A DNA stretch of 63,068 nucleotides, counting the filler, from Folioceros fuciformis (lineage: Eukaryota), in assembly GCA_049999805.1 (NCBI GenBank). It is 3 parts of 2 records of this genome, joined end to end, with 100 filler letters (N's around TTAATTAATTAA, not from the genome) between each part and the next. Parts side by side here need not be neighbours in the genome. Positions count along the whole stretch, not along the records: positions 1 to 21,773 come from JBNGIO010005624.1; 2 more parts are not named here. The stretch is one strand, 5' to 3'. A program made the translations under genes and the position numbers. Shown in pieces: positions 1 to 12,751 of this stretch; the first letter of the stretch is position 1, and each line of letters starts with the position of its first letter. The notes beneath the pieces were generated by a model that had not been told where the DNA came from, did not search any database, and was given only the letters and a program-made list of their open reading frames with translations.

Positions 1-3000
1 TGACAGAATTGCTAAAAAGAAAATTGTCATCGATATAAACTGTAAGAATCAAGAAGTCTTCTCCATCCCATAGAATATATAAACTGGAATTTGCATCCAG
101 GCAGGTGAAACCAAGCTCCATCAAGAGCTTATGGAATACTTCATACCAGGCTCATGAAGCTTGTTTGAGTCCATACAGGGTTTTGAGAGGCTTGCAAACT
201 TTGTCGGTGTCGATGATAAAACCTTCAGGCTCGGTCATATAGATGTCTTCCTCCAGCAAGCCATTTAAAAAGGCTGTTTTGACATGCAGTTGGTGCACTA
301 GGAGATTGTAATGGACTTCTAGGGCTAAGAGAATTTGAACAGAAGTGGACTTGACAACAGGAGCGAATGTTTCGTTGTAATCAAGGCTTGGAATTTGGCT
401 ATAGCCTTTAGCCACTAGAAGGGCTTTGTATCGACCTAAAGACCCACCAATGTTCAACTTTTTCTTGAAAACCCACTTGCACTGAATGGGCTTTCTGCCA
501 GGGGGAAGATCTACTAGCTTCCATGCCTTATTTTGGATGAGGGACGTATACTCTGAGTCTATGGCAGCTTGCCAAAAAACGGCCTCAAGACCTGCTAAGG
601 CTTCTGTGTAAGTTAAAGGCTCACTCATGGAAGCTGTAACACTAAGAACTATTGCAGGAGAAAATTCAGAAGTGACAATATGTGTAGAATAGTGAGGCTC
701 CTTCCACTCATGCATGGGTTGATGAATACGGGTTTAACGACGAGGTGATGGAACTACCTCGCCTAATTCAAGCTCTACATTGGGTGTAGGGACAGGCTCA
801 ACTGAAGAAGTGTTTGTATTAGGAATAACTGAAGGTTCACTTTCATCACAAGGGCCTGTTGAAGATGGTAGAGGTGTTGGAAGGTGCAGGATGTCTGAAA
901 CCTTTTCATCTTCACCATTATCACAATCGGAAACTGACACTGTTCCCGTTGCCTCCTAAGAAGAAGAAGCATCCTCGTCATCAAAGAAACTGACCTCATC
1001 AAATGCTTTAAGGGCTGTAAGGACTGAGTCTTTGATGCCATAAATAGGAGAAGGAACAACGGTAGCATCCGGAAGCAGGGCAGCAGTATGACGACGAAGA
1101 AGAGCAGCTTCGTGGAAAACCACACTCCGAGATAAAGTAAGCTAACGGGTGACAGGGTTAAACAACTTGTAGCCCGTCACCTCTTCTAAATAGCCGACAA
1201 AAACATGTCTAGATGCCTAAGGATCAAGCTTGGAACACAGTGCTGGAGGAACGAGAGCATATGCAGGAGCACCGAAAATTCGTAGATGTCGAACTCGGGG
1301 CTTCTTGCCTGTCCATCTTTCAAAAGGGGTCACGAGACCAAGCTCCTTTGTTGGCAGTCGATTCTGTACATAGTTGACGGCCATAAAAGCTTCGGCCCAA
1401 TACCCATGGGTAAGTCTAGCAAAAGATAGAGAAGCCAAAGTAACTTCCTGTAAAGTTCTATTTTTGCGTTCCAAAAAAGCATTCTGCTCTGGAGTATAGG
1501 GAACTATCAACTAGTGAAGGATTCCTTCTTGTGCACAAAATGATGCGAATGCATGACTGGTGTACTCACCACCGTTGCCTATTTGCAAAGTTTGGACCTT
1601 ACAGGAAGTCTGGCGTTGAGCATAGCGAACATAGGATTTGAAGCAGTCAAAAGCTTCACTTTTGTGTCGGAGTAAGAAAACCACATAGTATCTACTCCAC
1701 TCGTCGATGAAGGTCAAGGAATAGTCTGCTCCTCCAAAAGAGCTGGTGGACATGAGACCACATATGTCGCTATGCATAGTGTGAAGCAAGCCATCAGCAT
1801 GGCTAAGGGCCATATCCTTAAAGGACAGCGAATGTGATTTACTCAATTGACAGGCCTCATAGAAGGCATTCTTATCGAAAGAGAATTCAAGAGGCTCGCG
1901 ATAACTCTCACCTTTGACAAGGGAACTGAGGCGTTGGAAGTTGACATGTCCAAGACGACAATGCCACAATTGTGTGGAGGGTACCTTTGTGGTATGAACT
2001 GACTGAGTAGTACCTATTACAGTCTTGACGTTAAGGAGGTACAGGTCATGAGAAGGTGAGCATGAGAAAAGATCATGCCCTAACCTATAGCTTGTGACAT
2101 AAGACCCTTGCTGATCAAAACACACTCAGCAATGATGTTCCTATGACAAATTTAGGACAGACATCAAGTTCTTAGTCATTGACGGGACACAAAGAACATT
2201 TGTGAGTGTAAGTCTAGAAGAGTTAGGCAAGGAATGATGACTGAGCCTGAGCCTTTGATGGAAAGTGCACAATCGTCTCCCAGTAAGACAAACTGTTTTG
2301 CATCAGTAGCAGGAATGAAAGAAGAAAAAGCACGTCTGTGAAAGCAAATGTGACTTGTGGCTCCAGAGTCGAGAAACCATGTGTCAGATTGTACTTGTGT
2401 AGACGACAAGCAAACTGGCAGGATAGTGGACTGCTTAGCCTTGCTGGTGGTGATGTTGCTTTCAGGAGGATGATCGCGCCTAGGCTCGACTCCTTTCTTC
2501 TTACGACAATCTCGTTCATAATGGCCAGGTATCTTACACCAGTTGCAAACAAAGGTCTTCTTGGTGGTTACATCATGTTGTGGGTTTGTATAGGAACCAC
2601 GTCCTCTACCTCGTCCACAAAAGCCACCTCGGCCTCTTGATGTGAACAACACTCTTATGTTGTTAGAAGTGGAGCCCTTAGACTTGTGAAAAATCCTTGT
2701 GCGCAATTCAGTTATGAGGGCGCCTAGTACTTCCTCGAGGGTTACCTTTGGTGGCTGGCCAGTAGTTGTTGCCTGAACAGCTGCATGTATTGTGGCATTC
2801 TGAGTGCCAACAAAGTGTTGATAACTCTCTGGGAGTGAAGCCAAGATACTTATCGCTGCTTGAACTTTTGTCAACACTGTACCACAATAGGCAAGATTAG
2901 CATGAAGAGTCCTAAACTTGTTGATATAAGCCTCAACAGGCTTATTGTCCCACATTCTCAAGTTGAAAAAGTCTCTATACGCATGCACCAGGGACGCTAA

Positions 3001-4065
3001 ACTCTTATCCCCATATATCGACTGGAAAACCTCCCACACATCTGCCGAAGTCTTGGCATCTATAGTATGTGGCATCACATTTATGTCTAAGGTAGCAATG
3101 AGTATAGAACAAGCACATCTATCCTTACGCTCCCAGGCTAGGATTTCTTTAGCCGTTCGAATAGGTGTTGTCACCTTGGGTTCTGTGCTATCTACGATGG
3201 ACAATAGCTCATTCTCCTCAAAGATTTGGGTAAGCATCATGGCCCAGATGTTGTTATCCTTACCATTAAGCCTATCCTTGTCCCTGAATTCAATTTTCAA
3301 GGAAGGAACTACAGGGATAGTAGATGGGACACTAGACATAATTGCAGGATTAAAAATTCTATTGGGGACTGATTGCTGTAGACGTTGTCTCTCTAATTCT
3401 AAAAGATTGTGTGGGGAGAAATCCTACGTAGTAAGAATGGCAGGTTCAGCAAAGAGAGATGAAATGTCCACAACAAATTCATCTTCAAAGTTTGAACTAT
3501 CTGTCATAAACAAAAGAGAGAGAGCTACAACATGGTGCTAGGCATCTGAATTCTAATTTTGAGAAGAACCGGCGGGTTTGATGTTCATCTCGAATCGTTC
3601 TTCACAAAATAGATGGAGAGATTTAATGCTTTCATATATCTTCTTGATGAATGCGTCTTGCTCCCTTGTGTGCATCTGTAAGGCGTAAAGCTCTTTGTGG
3701 AGAGATACAATGTTGTCCTCGCTCGCACGCCTTGGAGTTGAGGATTTCTTCGTGTGTGAAGCGCTTCTTGTTGCATAGTGGAATACCGATGTTGTCGCGG
3801 GAAGCCGGTGACAGCATTCACATGTTGGCGGCAAAAACTGTGTAGGACAACTCCGAGGAGTTGTCGAAGTCACCCTCTTCTCCACGGATCTGGAAAGATT
3901 ATGTTCCAAAAAGGCTAAAGATGGACGCGTCAGGAAAGCTCTCGTATCAAATGCAAGAAATCTGCGTCTTGGCATCTTGATCTGAAGATGGCGAGATCAG
4001 AGTGAGTCGGATGCGTCAGCACCCATTGTATTCGCCCAAATCTCATTGAACGGGCTCTGATACCA
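1..4065 (-). mobile_element. Ty1/copia LTR retrotransposon, degraded; 3' part runs off the window start
   Basis: Minus-strand order gag-PR-INT-RT. Gag with CCHC knuckle CNWCKIPGHYERDC and protease WFLDSGATSH (2176-3339); pre-integrase LWHCRLGH plus integrase core HSDICG...YTPEQN..ERKNRTL (1217-2125); RT CKWVFKKK...LVAKGYSQ...VKTAFLNG..LYGLKQA (152-715). In-frame stops at ~1511 and ~152 and frameshifts near 2130-2220. Confidence 0.95.
4054..4065 (-). promoter_or_regulatory. Primer-binding site (tRNA-iMet) of the copia element
   Basis: + strand gctctgatacca = TGGTATCAGAGC on the minus strand, upstream of gag. The adjoining LTR (starting ~4066) lacks a clean CA terminus and could not be delimited. 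Confidence 0.85.
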
Positions 4066-5183
4066 TAAAAGCCAAGAGAATAGCTATGGCAGGATCAACA
4101 TGTGAGGGAGCTAGAGCAACAAGAGCACTTGAGAAGCATTCGAGAGTCAAGCACATGTATGAAAAAAAAAAGGTGTTCAATTAACGAGAGAAAACTGTCT
4201 TATACAAAAAAGGATGAACGGTTACCAAACCGTCTGAACTGGCTATGCCAACTGCTCATGGTTGTGTCTTAACTTAAAATAACCAATTCTAGCTATTCTA
4301 ATAATAGTTGTTACATATGAAGCTTGGTTTGCTTAAAGTCTTGGCCATACCATTTGGGAATGATGTTATATTTGTGTGCAGTATGTGGCTATATGGTGAC
4401 ATCCAAATTATTCAAAATAGAAGTATTTTTGATAAAAAAAGATTAAAAAATCATGCAAATTTAAGAAGAGAATGAGACTATATTTTAAAGTAGCCAAGGC
4501 CACTTGTTGATGAAGCATTCTTTGGTATGTAATTAAAGTGTGATAAGTGATTCGTTTACTGGAAATGGATAGTGATATGTACCATATACAAACATACCAC
4601 ACATGATATGACATGGTTTGCGTTCAAGGTACAATGGCTATAAATTGTTCATATTCTCAACACTTTTTTTGGTCCTTGATGTGGAGTTGGAGTTTGAGTT
4701 TGTGGCAAAGTAATCTGGTGGGGTTTCCCTTTGTTTGAGAGTTGAGGCACTTTCTTATGCCATCCATCCATCCATCCATCCAGCCATTAGCTTGTTTCTC
4801 TTGTCTTTGGCGAAGGGTGAGGAAGATTGATGGGTTTGATTTTTTTCCTTTGCTTATTGTTAAATATTTTCATCCACAGGTTGAAAATGATTGGTACTCC
4901 TCTATCCACTCTTCATCTATTCACACAAAAGACTAGTAGTACTAGGTATAATAGGCCTGTGGGACAGGGCAAGGTGAACGAGGCTTCTTGGATTACGGTA
5001 GGTTCCATTGCTGGACATGCTAGCAGCAGCAGTACACATGTGCCCGGAAAGGTGACCGGTGTTTACGTCACGGGAGTCTTTGGGACAGCCTACAAAGTCG
5101 CATCGGCGAGCTCAACGCGCAGCAGTAATAATCCTGCGACAGGATCACCGGGGCCAAGGGCAGTAGCAGTAGCGGGCACAGGC

Positions 5184-5975
5184 ATGGGCGCGGACGACTC
5201 GAAAGGGTTGAATTCAGCACTGGCAGCGCTGGCAGACAGGCTGCGAGCATACCACGCTCCCGGGACTTGCGGTTTCGACTGCAGAGGCGGAAGCGTAGCA
5301 TCGGGCGTGGGCGGCGGGCGGGAAGTTGTAGTAGTGGGCCCTGTCAAGAGCCCAGGCCCGGACAAAGCGGCGCACTGTCAGCGCAAGAAGTTCGCGGCTG
5401 TTCTCATCTGCCTCTTCCAAGACCAGGACAACAGGCTGCGCGTCATTCTCACCAAGCGTTCCCATAGATTGTCGAGTCATCCGGGAGAAGTGGCTCTCCC
5501 GGGAGGAAAGCTGGACGAGGAAGATGTAGACCTCAAGGCCACGGCGTTGAGGGAGGCGCAGGAGGAGATTGGATTACCGCCTTCCAGCGTGCACGTTGTG
5601 GCCAGGCTTGGATCCTTCCTGTCCAAGCACTTGCTCTCCGTGACTCCCGTGGTGGCGCTGTTGCCGGACCCGGATTCGTTTCGCCCACTCTTGAACGAGG
5701 CGGAGGTGGCCGACATCTTCGATGCGCCGCTGGATATGTTTTTGGCTGATCGGAATCACCGCACCTCGCTGATCGAGTGGCTCAACGTGCCCTACATGGT
5801 GCACCATTTCGATTATCGCACGGGTGACAGGGACTTCGAGATCTGGGGCCTCACTGCGGCCATCCTCATCCGGGCTGCTTCCGTCGTTTATGGACGGCAG
5901 CCGGATTTCCCAGAGTTCTGTTCTTTGGTTAAGCAGGTGGAGACGGAGCCGGAGCCGGAGCCGGCTATTAATTGA
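5184..5975 (+). CDS. Nudix hydrolase, CoA pyrophosphatase subfamily (NUDT7/PCD1/AtNUDX11-15-22-like)
   Basis: UPF0035-like motif LTKRSHRLSSHPGEVALPGG followed by Nudix box GGKLDEEDVDLKATALREAQEEIG and C-terminal IWGLTAAIL. ATG at 5184 is chosen as the likely start; the open frame extends upstream to 4827. Confidence 0.9.
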   Translation: MGADDSKGLNSALAALADRLRAYHAPGTCGFDCRGGSVASGVGGGREVVVVGPVKSPGPDKAAHCQRKKFAAVLICLFQDQDNRLRVILTKRSHRLSSHPGEVALPGGKLDEEDVDLKATALREAQEEIGLPPSSVHVVARLGSFLSKHLLSVTPVVALLPDPDSFRPLLNEAEVADIFDAPLDMFLADRNHRTSLIEWLNVPYMVHHFDYRTGDRDFEIWGLTAAILIRAASVVYGRQPDFPEFCSLVKQVETEPEPEPAIN

Positions 5976-6470
5976 AACGACCTGTCCCCATCGTTCTGGG
6001 GATGGAGTTGGATTTCCCAACGTCCTCACTTCAAGCAAACAGAGCGAGTCGGACAGAATCTGCAACCAATCGAAGCGGGCTGTTTCCATCGCGTTCCGGG
6101 ACCGGGACGGCAGCCTCATTTCCCCAGAGTTTTGTCCTCCGAAAACAGCGGGGGAACGGGAGCCGGAGCCAGAGCTGGAGCGGAAACCAATTGAAGCGAG
6201 CTGCATCCATCGTTCTGGGACGGCAGCCGGATCTCCCCGAGTTTTGTCCTACGTGAACAGTGGGGGAACCGGAGCCGGAGGTGGCNNNNNNNNNNCCTAC
6301 GTGAACAGTGGGGGAACCGGAGCCGGAGGTGGCAATCAATTGAGGCGAGCTGCATCCATTGTTCTGGGACGGCAGCCGGATCTCCCAGAGTCTCGTCCTC
6401 CGTAAGCAGTGGGGGAACCGGAGTCGGACGGGGCAATCAATTGAAGCGAGTTTTCTCCATCGTACTACGA
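5870..6470 (+). repeat. Degenerate tandem repeat (~110-130 bp unit) derived from the Nudix 3' coding end
   Basis: Recurring tccatcgttctgggacggcagccggatctccc..gagttttgtcct and ggagccggag...aattgaagcgag blocks; contains a 10-N gap. Confidence 0.8.
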
Positions 6471-6655
6471 GTGGGAGCCGGGGTCTACAATCATCGTGAA
6501 GAGGACAGAAGAGCAGACGGAAGAGAGCGGAGGGTGGAGAGCCAAGAGACGATTCCGGAGGCTTCTAGAAGCCAAGAAACGTAACTGTTACGGTTTCCGT
6601 CCGTTTGGAGAAGGGGAGGACAGGAGGTGGAGAGGAATGGACACAATTTTCCGTC

Positions 6656-9600
6656 TTACGGTTTGGAGGAAAATCTTGTCATGAAAGCGGGAGGAGCGGG
6701 AGTTGCCCCCTTGGGCTGGGTCAAGGACGGGGACAGCAGGAAGGAGAGGGCGTAGGTGATGAGAGTCAGGAGAGTGACAAATTGCCAGGCTAAAAATTGG
6801 TGGAACCTAAATGTTTGCTGCGACGCAAAAGACCACAGGATGCCGCCGCACGCAGGACCGATGGCCCGGAAAAAGCTACAGAAGCTGTGACTGAGGCCTG
6901 TCACAGCTCCCATGTTGGCAGGTGATGCTGAGTTGCTCACCAGAATCAAGACTCCGGTGAAGCAGGTGCAGGCAATCACGCTCCGGGCTGCCATGGCCAT
7001 AATGAGGAAGGCCCACTGGAGCCTTGGCAAGCTGGGCAGTAGCGATGTGGCTGGGAACAGAATCCACAGAGGGGCTGAGCACAGGATGCCGTATCGGAAT
7101 CCTCGCAGGGGACCTACTCGCCGAGCTACAGTGGGGTAGAGGCACAGCGTGTACAGGAACAGGATAACCCCACCCACGCCTAGGATTATGCCCAGGGAGG
7201 AGGAGTTGAATCCGAGTCCCCCAGTGGCTACTGGAGCAGCTCCAAAGATGGGAAACAGCTCATCTGACACAACGAAACACATGTCAGCAGCTTTTATATT
7301 TTTTGTCCTTTGTCCTGGCGAGGAAAACAGGGCAGACGGTTCTAGTGCAATGGTGGGATCCACGCATGTGGAGGAAGGAAGGTAGAACAGAGCATGTCAG
7401 AAAGCGAAATTCAAGTATTGCTTCACACGACAACAACAAGAACAACAACAACAACCAGTTAAGGACCAGCAAGTGCCAGCGAAATTCAAGTATTGCTTCA
7501 CACGACAACAACAACAACAACCAGTTAAGGACCAGCAAGTGCCAGCGGCTACCTGTGATGATGAAGATCAAGCCAGTCATGGAGTAACAAAAAGAAGACA
7601 GCAGGACATCTCTGTCCCGCAATAAGGGGGTGATGGTGGCGGGCAAACGCAATTTGCTGGCAACAATTCGTCTAAAGCGTTGCCTCATTCCGTCGCGGCC
7701 ATTGTCCCCGCCCATAGCAAGCTTTGTAGCTGCAGCTCCTGCTATCCCACAGTTGCTACTATCACCCTCGTGCATCACACTTGCCTCATGTCCATGGCAC
7801 CCATTGGCTGCCTCTGCAACTGTGTTCATGGCTGTAGGTGGTACCAGTTCTAATTCCATCTCCCCTCCAGGCCGGCTGCGGATGATGAGCTTGAAAGGTC
7901 CTGGAAGCAGCATGAAAGTTTTGGAGTTCCGTGCTCAAGCATTGGCTGGAAAAAGGTTTTGCATCTGAGAAGAGAAGAAGTGGATGGTGAAATGTTTGAA
8001 GACATTGTGCTTCACCTTTTGGCGTCCCTGAGTGGTGATTTTCAAGATTGCGAGGGTTGCACTCAATATCTCCAGCGTCCAGAGGCTTCCCCGGAAGAGC
8101 CTCTTGCCGCAGTTCGTCGTCCATGGAAGCCATCTCGCATGAATCGGCTGACAAGTCGGACGCCGTTTCTAAGCTGATGGGTTCGTACTTAGTTCGGCAG
8201 CGGGGGTGAGTCTCCGTGATAGCCAGAGAAGCACAGAGCGCCACCAAGGATAAACAGGTGGCAGCCAGGCAGGGCAAAAGGAATGGATACTGTTGTAGCA
8301 TGCGCGGACAGTGCAGCCAGCCATACTGCGTGCAAGGTTGTGCCAGAAGGCCTGAAAGGACGGGACCTGCCACGGATCCCACTCCCCACGCCAGGTTTAG
8401 GATTCCGAAACCCTTGGCCTTGTTGGTTCTGGACTCACAAAGTTCACATGAGGCCAGGGCGAAAGTGACAAATCAATCGGTGGGGTCTTCGAAGAGAGCA
8501 CAGAGGCAAGTGGAAATGCTTGGCATGCCTACTTTCACTTACCCATCACAGAGTTCGCCAACAACAGACTTGGTGATGGTCATGGTTCCGTTGAGCAGAC
8601 CTCCAACAAACCGCACGGTGCAGGCTGCTGGGAAAGTGGTGCACAGACCCAGGAAGAAGGCGGATGCTGCTGACACTGTGTTGCCCAATGCCAGAAGCGG
8701 CTGTGCAGGCAAATGAACACACGGAATCAGCGTCGGTCGTGATGCTGCCATGAAAGCGGAAACCCTTGAGGGTTTACAGGTGTATGTACCTTCCGCCCTG
8801 TCCTGTCCGATATGGTTCCCCACAAGATTGAAGTGCAGAACTGCGCCATAGGAAACAAGCTCGCCTGCATACAGGCCACCACGTGTACGTAAGTTGTGAG
8901 TGTGGAAATAAATAAAGCTCGTCTCGTTGGCAACACAAGAATTGCTTCTTCTTCTTTTTGTACTTCGTTGTTGTTGTAAATAGATGTGTAGCTAGGGGTT
9001 ATCAAGTCACCAGGAGGCCAGCATATTTGCCTGTACTTTGGCTCCCTCTCGGTGCTACACCGTATCTGTCCACCATGAACACGAGCTGCGTAGGGTAGGA
9101 CAGCACATATGACAGTCAAGCGATGGGAGTAACTGACTTTGCACGTCCAGTAGAGCACTCCGCAGTAGTAGCAGTTGCCCTGTTCAGACTTTTGCGCATG
9201 GGGTTGTTGGGAGGTAGTGTACCATGGGGAAGAGCATGGTTGTCTGGAATCCTTGGCTGGCATGGATAATCCTGCAGGAAGCAAGTCCCCCCACCCCGCC
9301 CCGCCCCCAAGACCCCCATGACAGTGCGATGATCAGCGTGGCTCGGTAGAATTGTGCACACGATACGAGTTGGTTGGGGGGGTTGCTGGATCGGTTGGCT
9401 CACCAGATGAGAAACAGCTGTCTCCTGCAAACCAAACCACCGCGGGGGGAGAAGGCAGGAGGCATGGTGAGGAGGGTGACGTGGGGTGATCCCGCAGCTT
9501 AAGGCTGAAATAATATTGCAAAGGTGTGGCGATAGAAGAGGGCAAGTACCGGGGGAGCAGTGTGGGTGGAGGTGGCGCATGCGAATGGTGGATGCCATCT

Positions 9601-9830
9601 GGGGCGGAGAGGAGAAGAGTGATGTCGCTGCCGGGATCAAGGAATTGAGCGTTAGCGGTGGTTGTGGGCGGCCGCGATATGGTGGGCGGCTTGCAGTGCT
9701 CCAAGGGCAGAGGGCTCATGAAGCACGACTGCTCTGCCTCCGGCCGCGGCTGCTGCTGCTGCTGCTGCTTGTGCTTCTGCCACTGGTGCTGCTTCTGCAT
9801 CGCCATAGCCATAGTAGCCATGGTGGGCAT
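6656..9830 (-). CDS. MFS transporter, zinc-induced-facilitator-like (ZIFL), multi-exon
   Basis: GT-AG-bounded exons encode QGFQTTMLFPM / LVFMVDRYGV..GKYAGLL / ASLFPMAQFCTSILWGTISDRTGRK (MFS motif A) / PLLALGN..RFVGGLLNGTMTITKSVVGELCD / KGFGILNLAWGVGSVAGPVLSGLLAQP...YPFLLPCL and C-terminal helices to GAVTGLSHSFCSFFRAIGPACGG. The 5' exon and start codon are uncertain. Confidence 0.85.
7404..7545. repeat. Intronic tandem duplication (~70 bp x2) containing (CAA)n
   Basis: gcgaaattcaagtattgcttcacacgacaacaac...cagttaaggaccagcaagtgcca occurs twice, differing only in CAA-tract length. Confidence 0.9.
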
Positions 9831-10254
9831 GAGCACGAGTGCGCTTGCGCCTCATGGGCACTGTGGGCTGCAGCGACTGTCGGACACTCTGGTGAGCTCA
9901 AGGGAAGAAGAGGAGGCAGGTGAAGGGCATATGCATTGGAGAGAGCGAAAGGAAGGCGGGTTGGAGGTGGAGGGGGCACGACTGCTTGTGTGGCTTCCAT
10001 TTGCGGTTAGTTAACGGCCCGCCGCTTGACGGTGTCCTGTCGCCGGGACATGGCAGCAACAAACACCTGTTGTGTTGTCTGCCACGTGGGATGATAGACT
10101 TGTAGTAGACTAGGTACAGTACATACGGGAATACAGTAATGTATATCCAAGACACACGGACGGACAGAGGACTGACTGTGTGGCCTTCCGCTTGGATGGA
10201 AGGCTGCGTGTGAGGGACTGGCTGGCTGGCCTCTGGGTTTTCATGGCGGCTGCT

Positions 10255-10302
10255 GGGGATGGGGATGGGGATGGGGATGGTGATGGTGATGGTGATGGTG
10301 AT
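10255..10302. repeat. Microsatellite (GGGGAT)n(GGTGAT)n
   Basis: Directly visible hexamer repeats. Confidence 0.9.
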
Positions 10303-10770
10303 GTATGCCATGTGTGGGACCTGGCCTTGGCCGCGAACCTTCCACTATCTGGTTGGCCAGCCATGGAGATCATCACTATCAGGACTGACGGGGCACCTGG
10401 CCTTAAGCTTGTCTCGGATTTGGATTTGCCCTGCGCTGCCTGGCCTTGTGTCTCGGAATTGGCCTGCCCTGTCTATATATGTAGACCAGTGGCCTTGCCT
10501 TTCCATATGTGACTTTTAATCCCTCCTCAAGCCGCTGCTTGCGCTGAAAGCATTGTGGAAGAAGTACTGTACTGGCCCAGGGTCAGACATTCTCTGTCGT
10601 GATTCGGATTCGTTATCCTCCGCAAGATTTCTGTGCGACGAGTCTTGTCTTGTGAGTGACGTGAGCACTTTTGTAGCTGCCACAAAATCTCACATAGTTT
10701 GTTCCCACTACTAAGGTGTGAAGTGGAGACACACAAGTGTTGGCTAATAAGACGAGGAGGAGGAGGAGGA

Positions 10771-10945
10771 GGAAGAGGAGGAGCAGGAGCAGGCGCAGGA
10801 AGAGGAGGAGCAGGAGCAGGCGCAGGAAGAGGAGGAGCAGGAGCAGGCGCAGGAAGAGGAGGAGCAGGAGCAGGCGCAGGAAGAGGAGGAGCAGGAGCAG
10901 GCGCAGGAAGAGGAGGAGCTGGAGCAGGCGCAGGAAGAGGAGGAG
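10771..10945 (+). repeat. 27-bp minisatellite, ~6 copies
   Basis: Unit ggaagaggaggagcaggagcaggcgca repeated head-to-tail. Confidence 0.95.
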
Positions 10946-10993
10946 AAGGGAGGGCCAAATCACCAGGTCCAAGGGAGCAGTGAAATCGGCAGC

Positions 10994-12751
10994 ATGGGCG
11001 GTGGCAGGGACAGCGATGCGGAGTGGGAGTCGGAGGAGGAAGCCAGCAAGTCGGATTTGGCAGAGGTGCTGCCCAGAGTGCTTATCGTATCTCGGCGCAC
11101 GCTGCGCAAGAAGAAGTTCGTGGATTTCGTCGGAGAGTACCACCTGGACCTGATCGTGACGTACGGCGCGGTCCCGGTCATCGTGCCTAGGGTTTCGGGC
11201 CTGCACTCGCTGCTGGACAGCTTTGAGCCCATCCACGGCGTGCTGCTGTGCGAGGGCGAGGACATCGACCCCGAGCTGTACGAGAGCGACCTGGAGTCGT
11301 CACTCACGCCGTCCGAGATCGAGGAGATCCGGCAGGCGCATGCCAGTGACACTTCCCTCGACAAGCACAAGGATTCCATCGAGCTGCAGCTTGCCCGGCG
11401 ATGCCTGGAGCGGAACATTCCCTACCTGGGCATCTGCAGGGGCTCGCAGGTGCTCAACGTCGCATGCGGCGGCTCGCTCTACCAGGATGTGGAGATGCAG
11501 CTCCCGTCGTCGTCGTCGGCGGCGGCCATCAGGGTGAAGCACATGGACTATGACAACTACGATGGCCATCGCCATCCCATCACCGTCGTGCCCGACACCC
11601 CGCTCCACCACTGGTTCCAGGAATCCCTAAGCCGGTCTGCCACCCCCATGGAGCTCATCGTCAACAGCTACCATCACCAGGGAGTGAAGCGCCTGGCTGG
11701 CAGGTTCAAGCCCATGGCATTCGCGCCGGACGGCCTCACGGAGGCCTTCTACGACCCGGATGCCTACCAACCCGACCAGGGCAGGTTCATCGTCGGCCTG
11801 CAGTTCCATCCCGAACGCATGAGGCATGAGCAGGATGCTGATGCTGCAGGTGCTGCTCGGGATGCCTCCTCTTCCTCGGACGTCTTCGATTACCCCGAGT
11901 GTCCCCGCGCATATCAGGTACTTGCCCTCTGCCCTGTCCTTCCCTTCCCTTCCCTTCCGTACTATGAGAGTGCTACTGGTATGAGTGGACGTCGTGTGTA
12001 GGACTAACTTTGTGTCATCACTCCTGCAACAATTTGTGCCTTTCCTGCATTCAGGAGTTCGTGAAGGCTGTAGTGGCGTATCAGAAGCGGCTCTTGGCCA
12101 CCAAGCCGGTACCGAGGGCACTTGTCAAGTTGGATATTGCGCTGGAGGAGAAACGCCAGAAAATCGTACGTAGTTTCTCCATTGCCAAGCACATTTACGA
12201 GGAGCAAGTCCATGTCCGCAAGAGCAATTCCGTCCACGACTGTGAGCTCGCCATGAAGGCTGTCGAAGCTGACACCACTCGAAGCAGCACGGATCTCGAG
12301 TTTGGAGCTCGCTTCCTCCAGGTGAGAGGATGAACCACACATCTTCCTGACTTCCTTCCTTCTGCTGCTACTGCTACCCTTTACATGTCACCTCACCTAC
12401 CTTACCCACCCTCACCTCACCTGACCTGACCATGGACACATCTCTTTCCTGCTTACCTGCCTGCAGAGCAACACCGTACTGAACGGGCAGGAGGTACAAC
12501 GACTGCTTCAGATGGGGGCTACTATCAGAAACTCGTCCCTGGCCATCCAAAAGCTGCGCCTCGCCAAGAAGAACGAAGCAGCCGCAAGAACGTTGATGGA
12601 ATCTATGGACTCCAAACGCCTCCTGGATCTGTTGGAGTATCACAAGTTGATGTGTGATGTCGCACAGTCTGTGCTGGACAAGGGGAGGCTCCAAGATGCC
12701 ATCACGCCTCCAACTGCCAACCACAGGTTGGATCACACAAATGGTTCTTGA
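10994..12751 (+). CDS. Class I glutamine amidotransferase-like protein (peptidase C26, GAT1_2.1-like), 3 exons: 10994-11917, 12055-12321, 12467-12751
   Basis: Motifs [14 protein letters not shown] (nucleophile Cys), VNSYHHQG and GLQFHPE. Both GT-AG introns are phase 0 and give RAYQ/EFVKAV and [19 protein letters not shown]. Confidence 0.92.

Noticed and set aside
4066-4400. 5' LTR of the copia element
   Set aside because: No clear TG...CA ends and the partner LTR is outside the window, so boundaries cannot be supported.
10527-11153. Pro-rich, Leu-rich and RS-rich ORFs resembling extensin or SR proteins
   Set aside because: Alternative readings of one 27-bp minisatellite.
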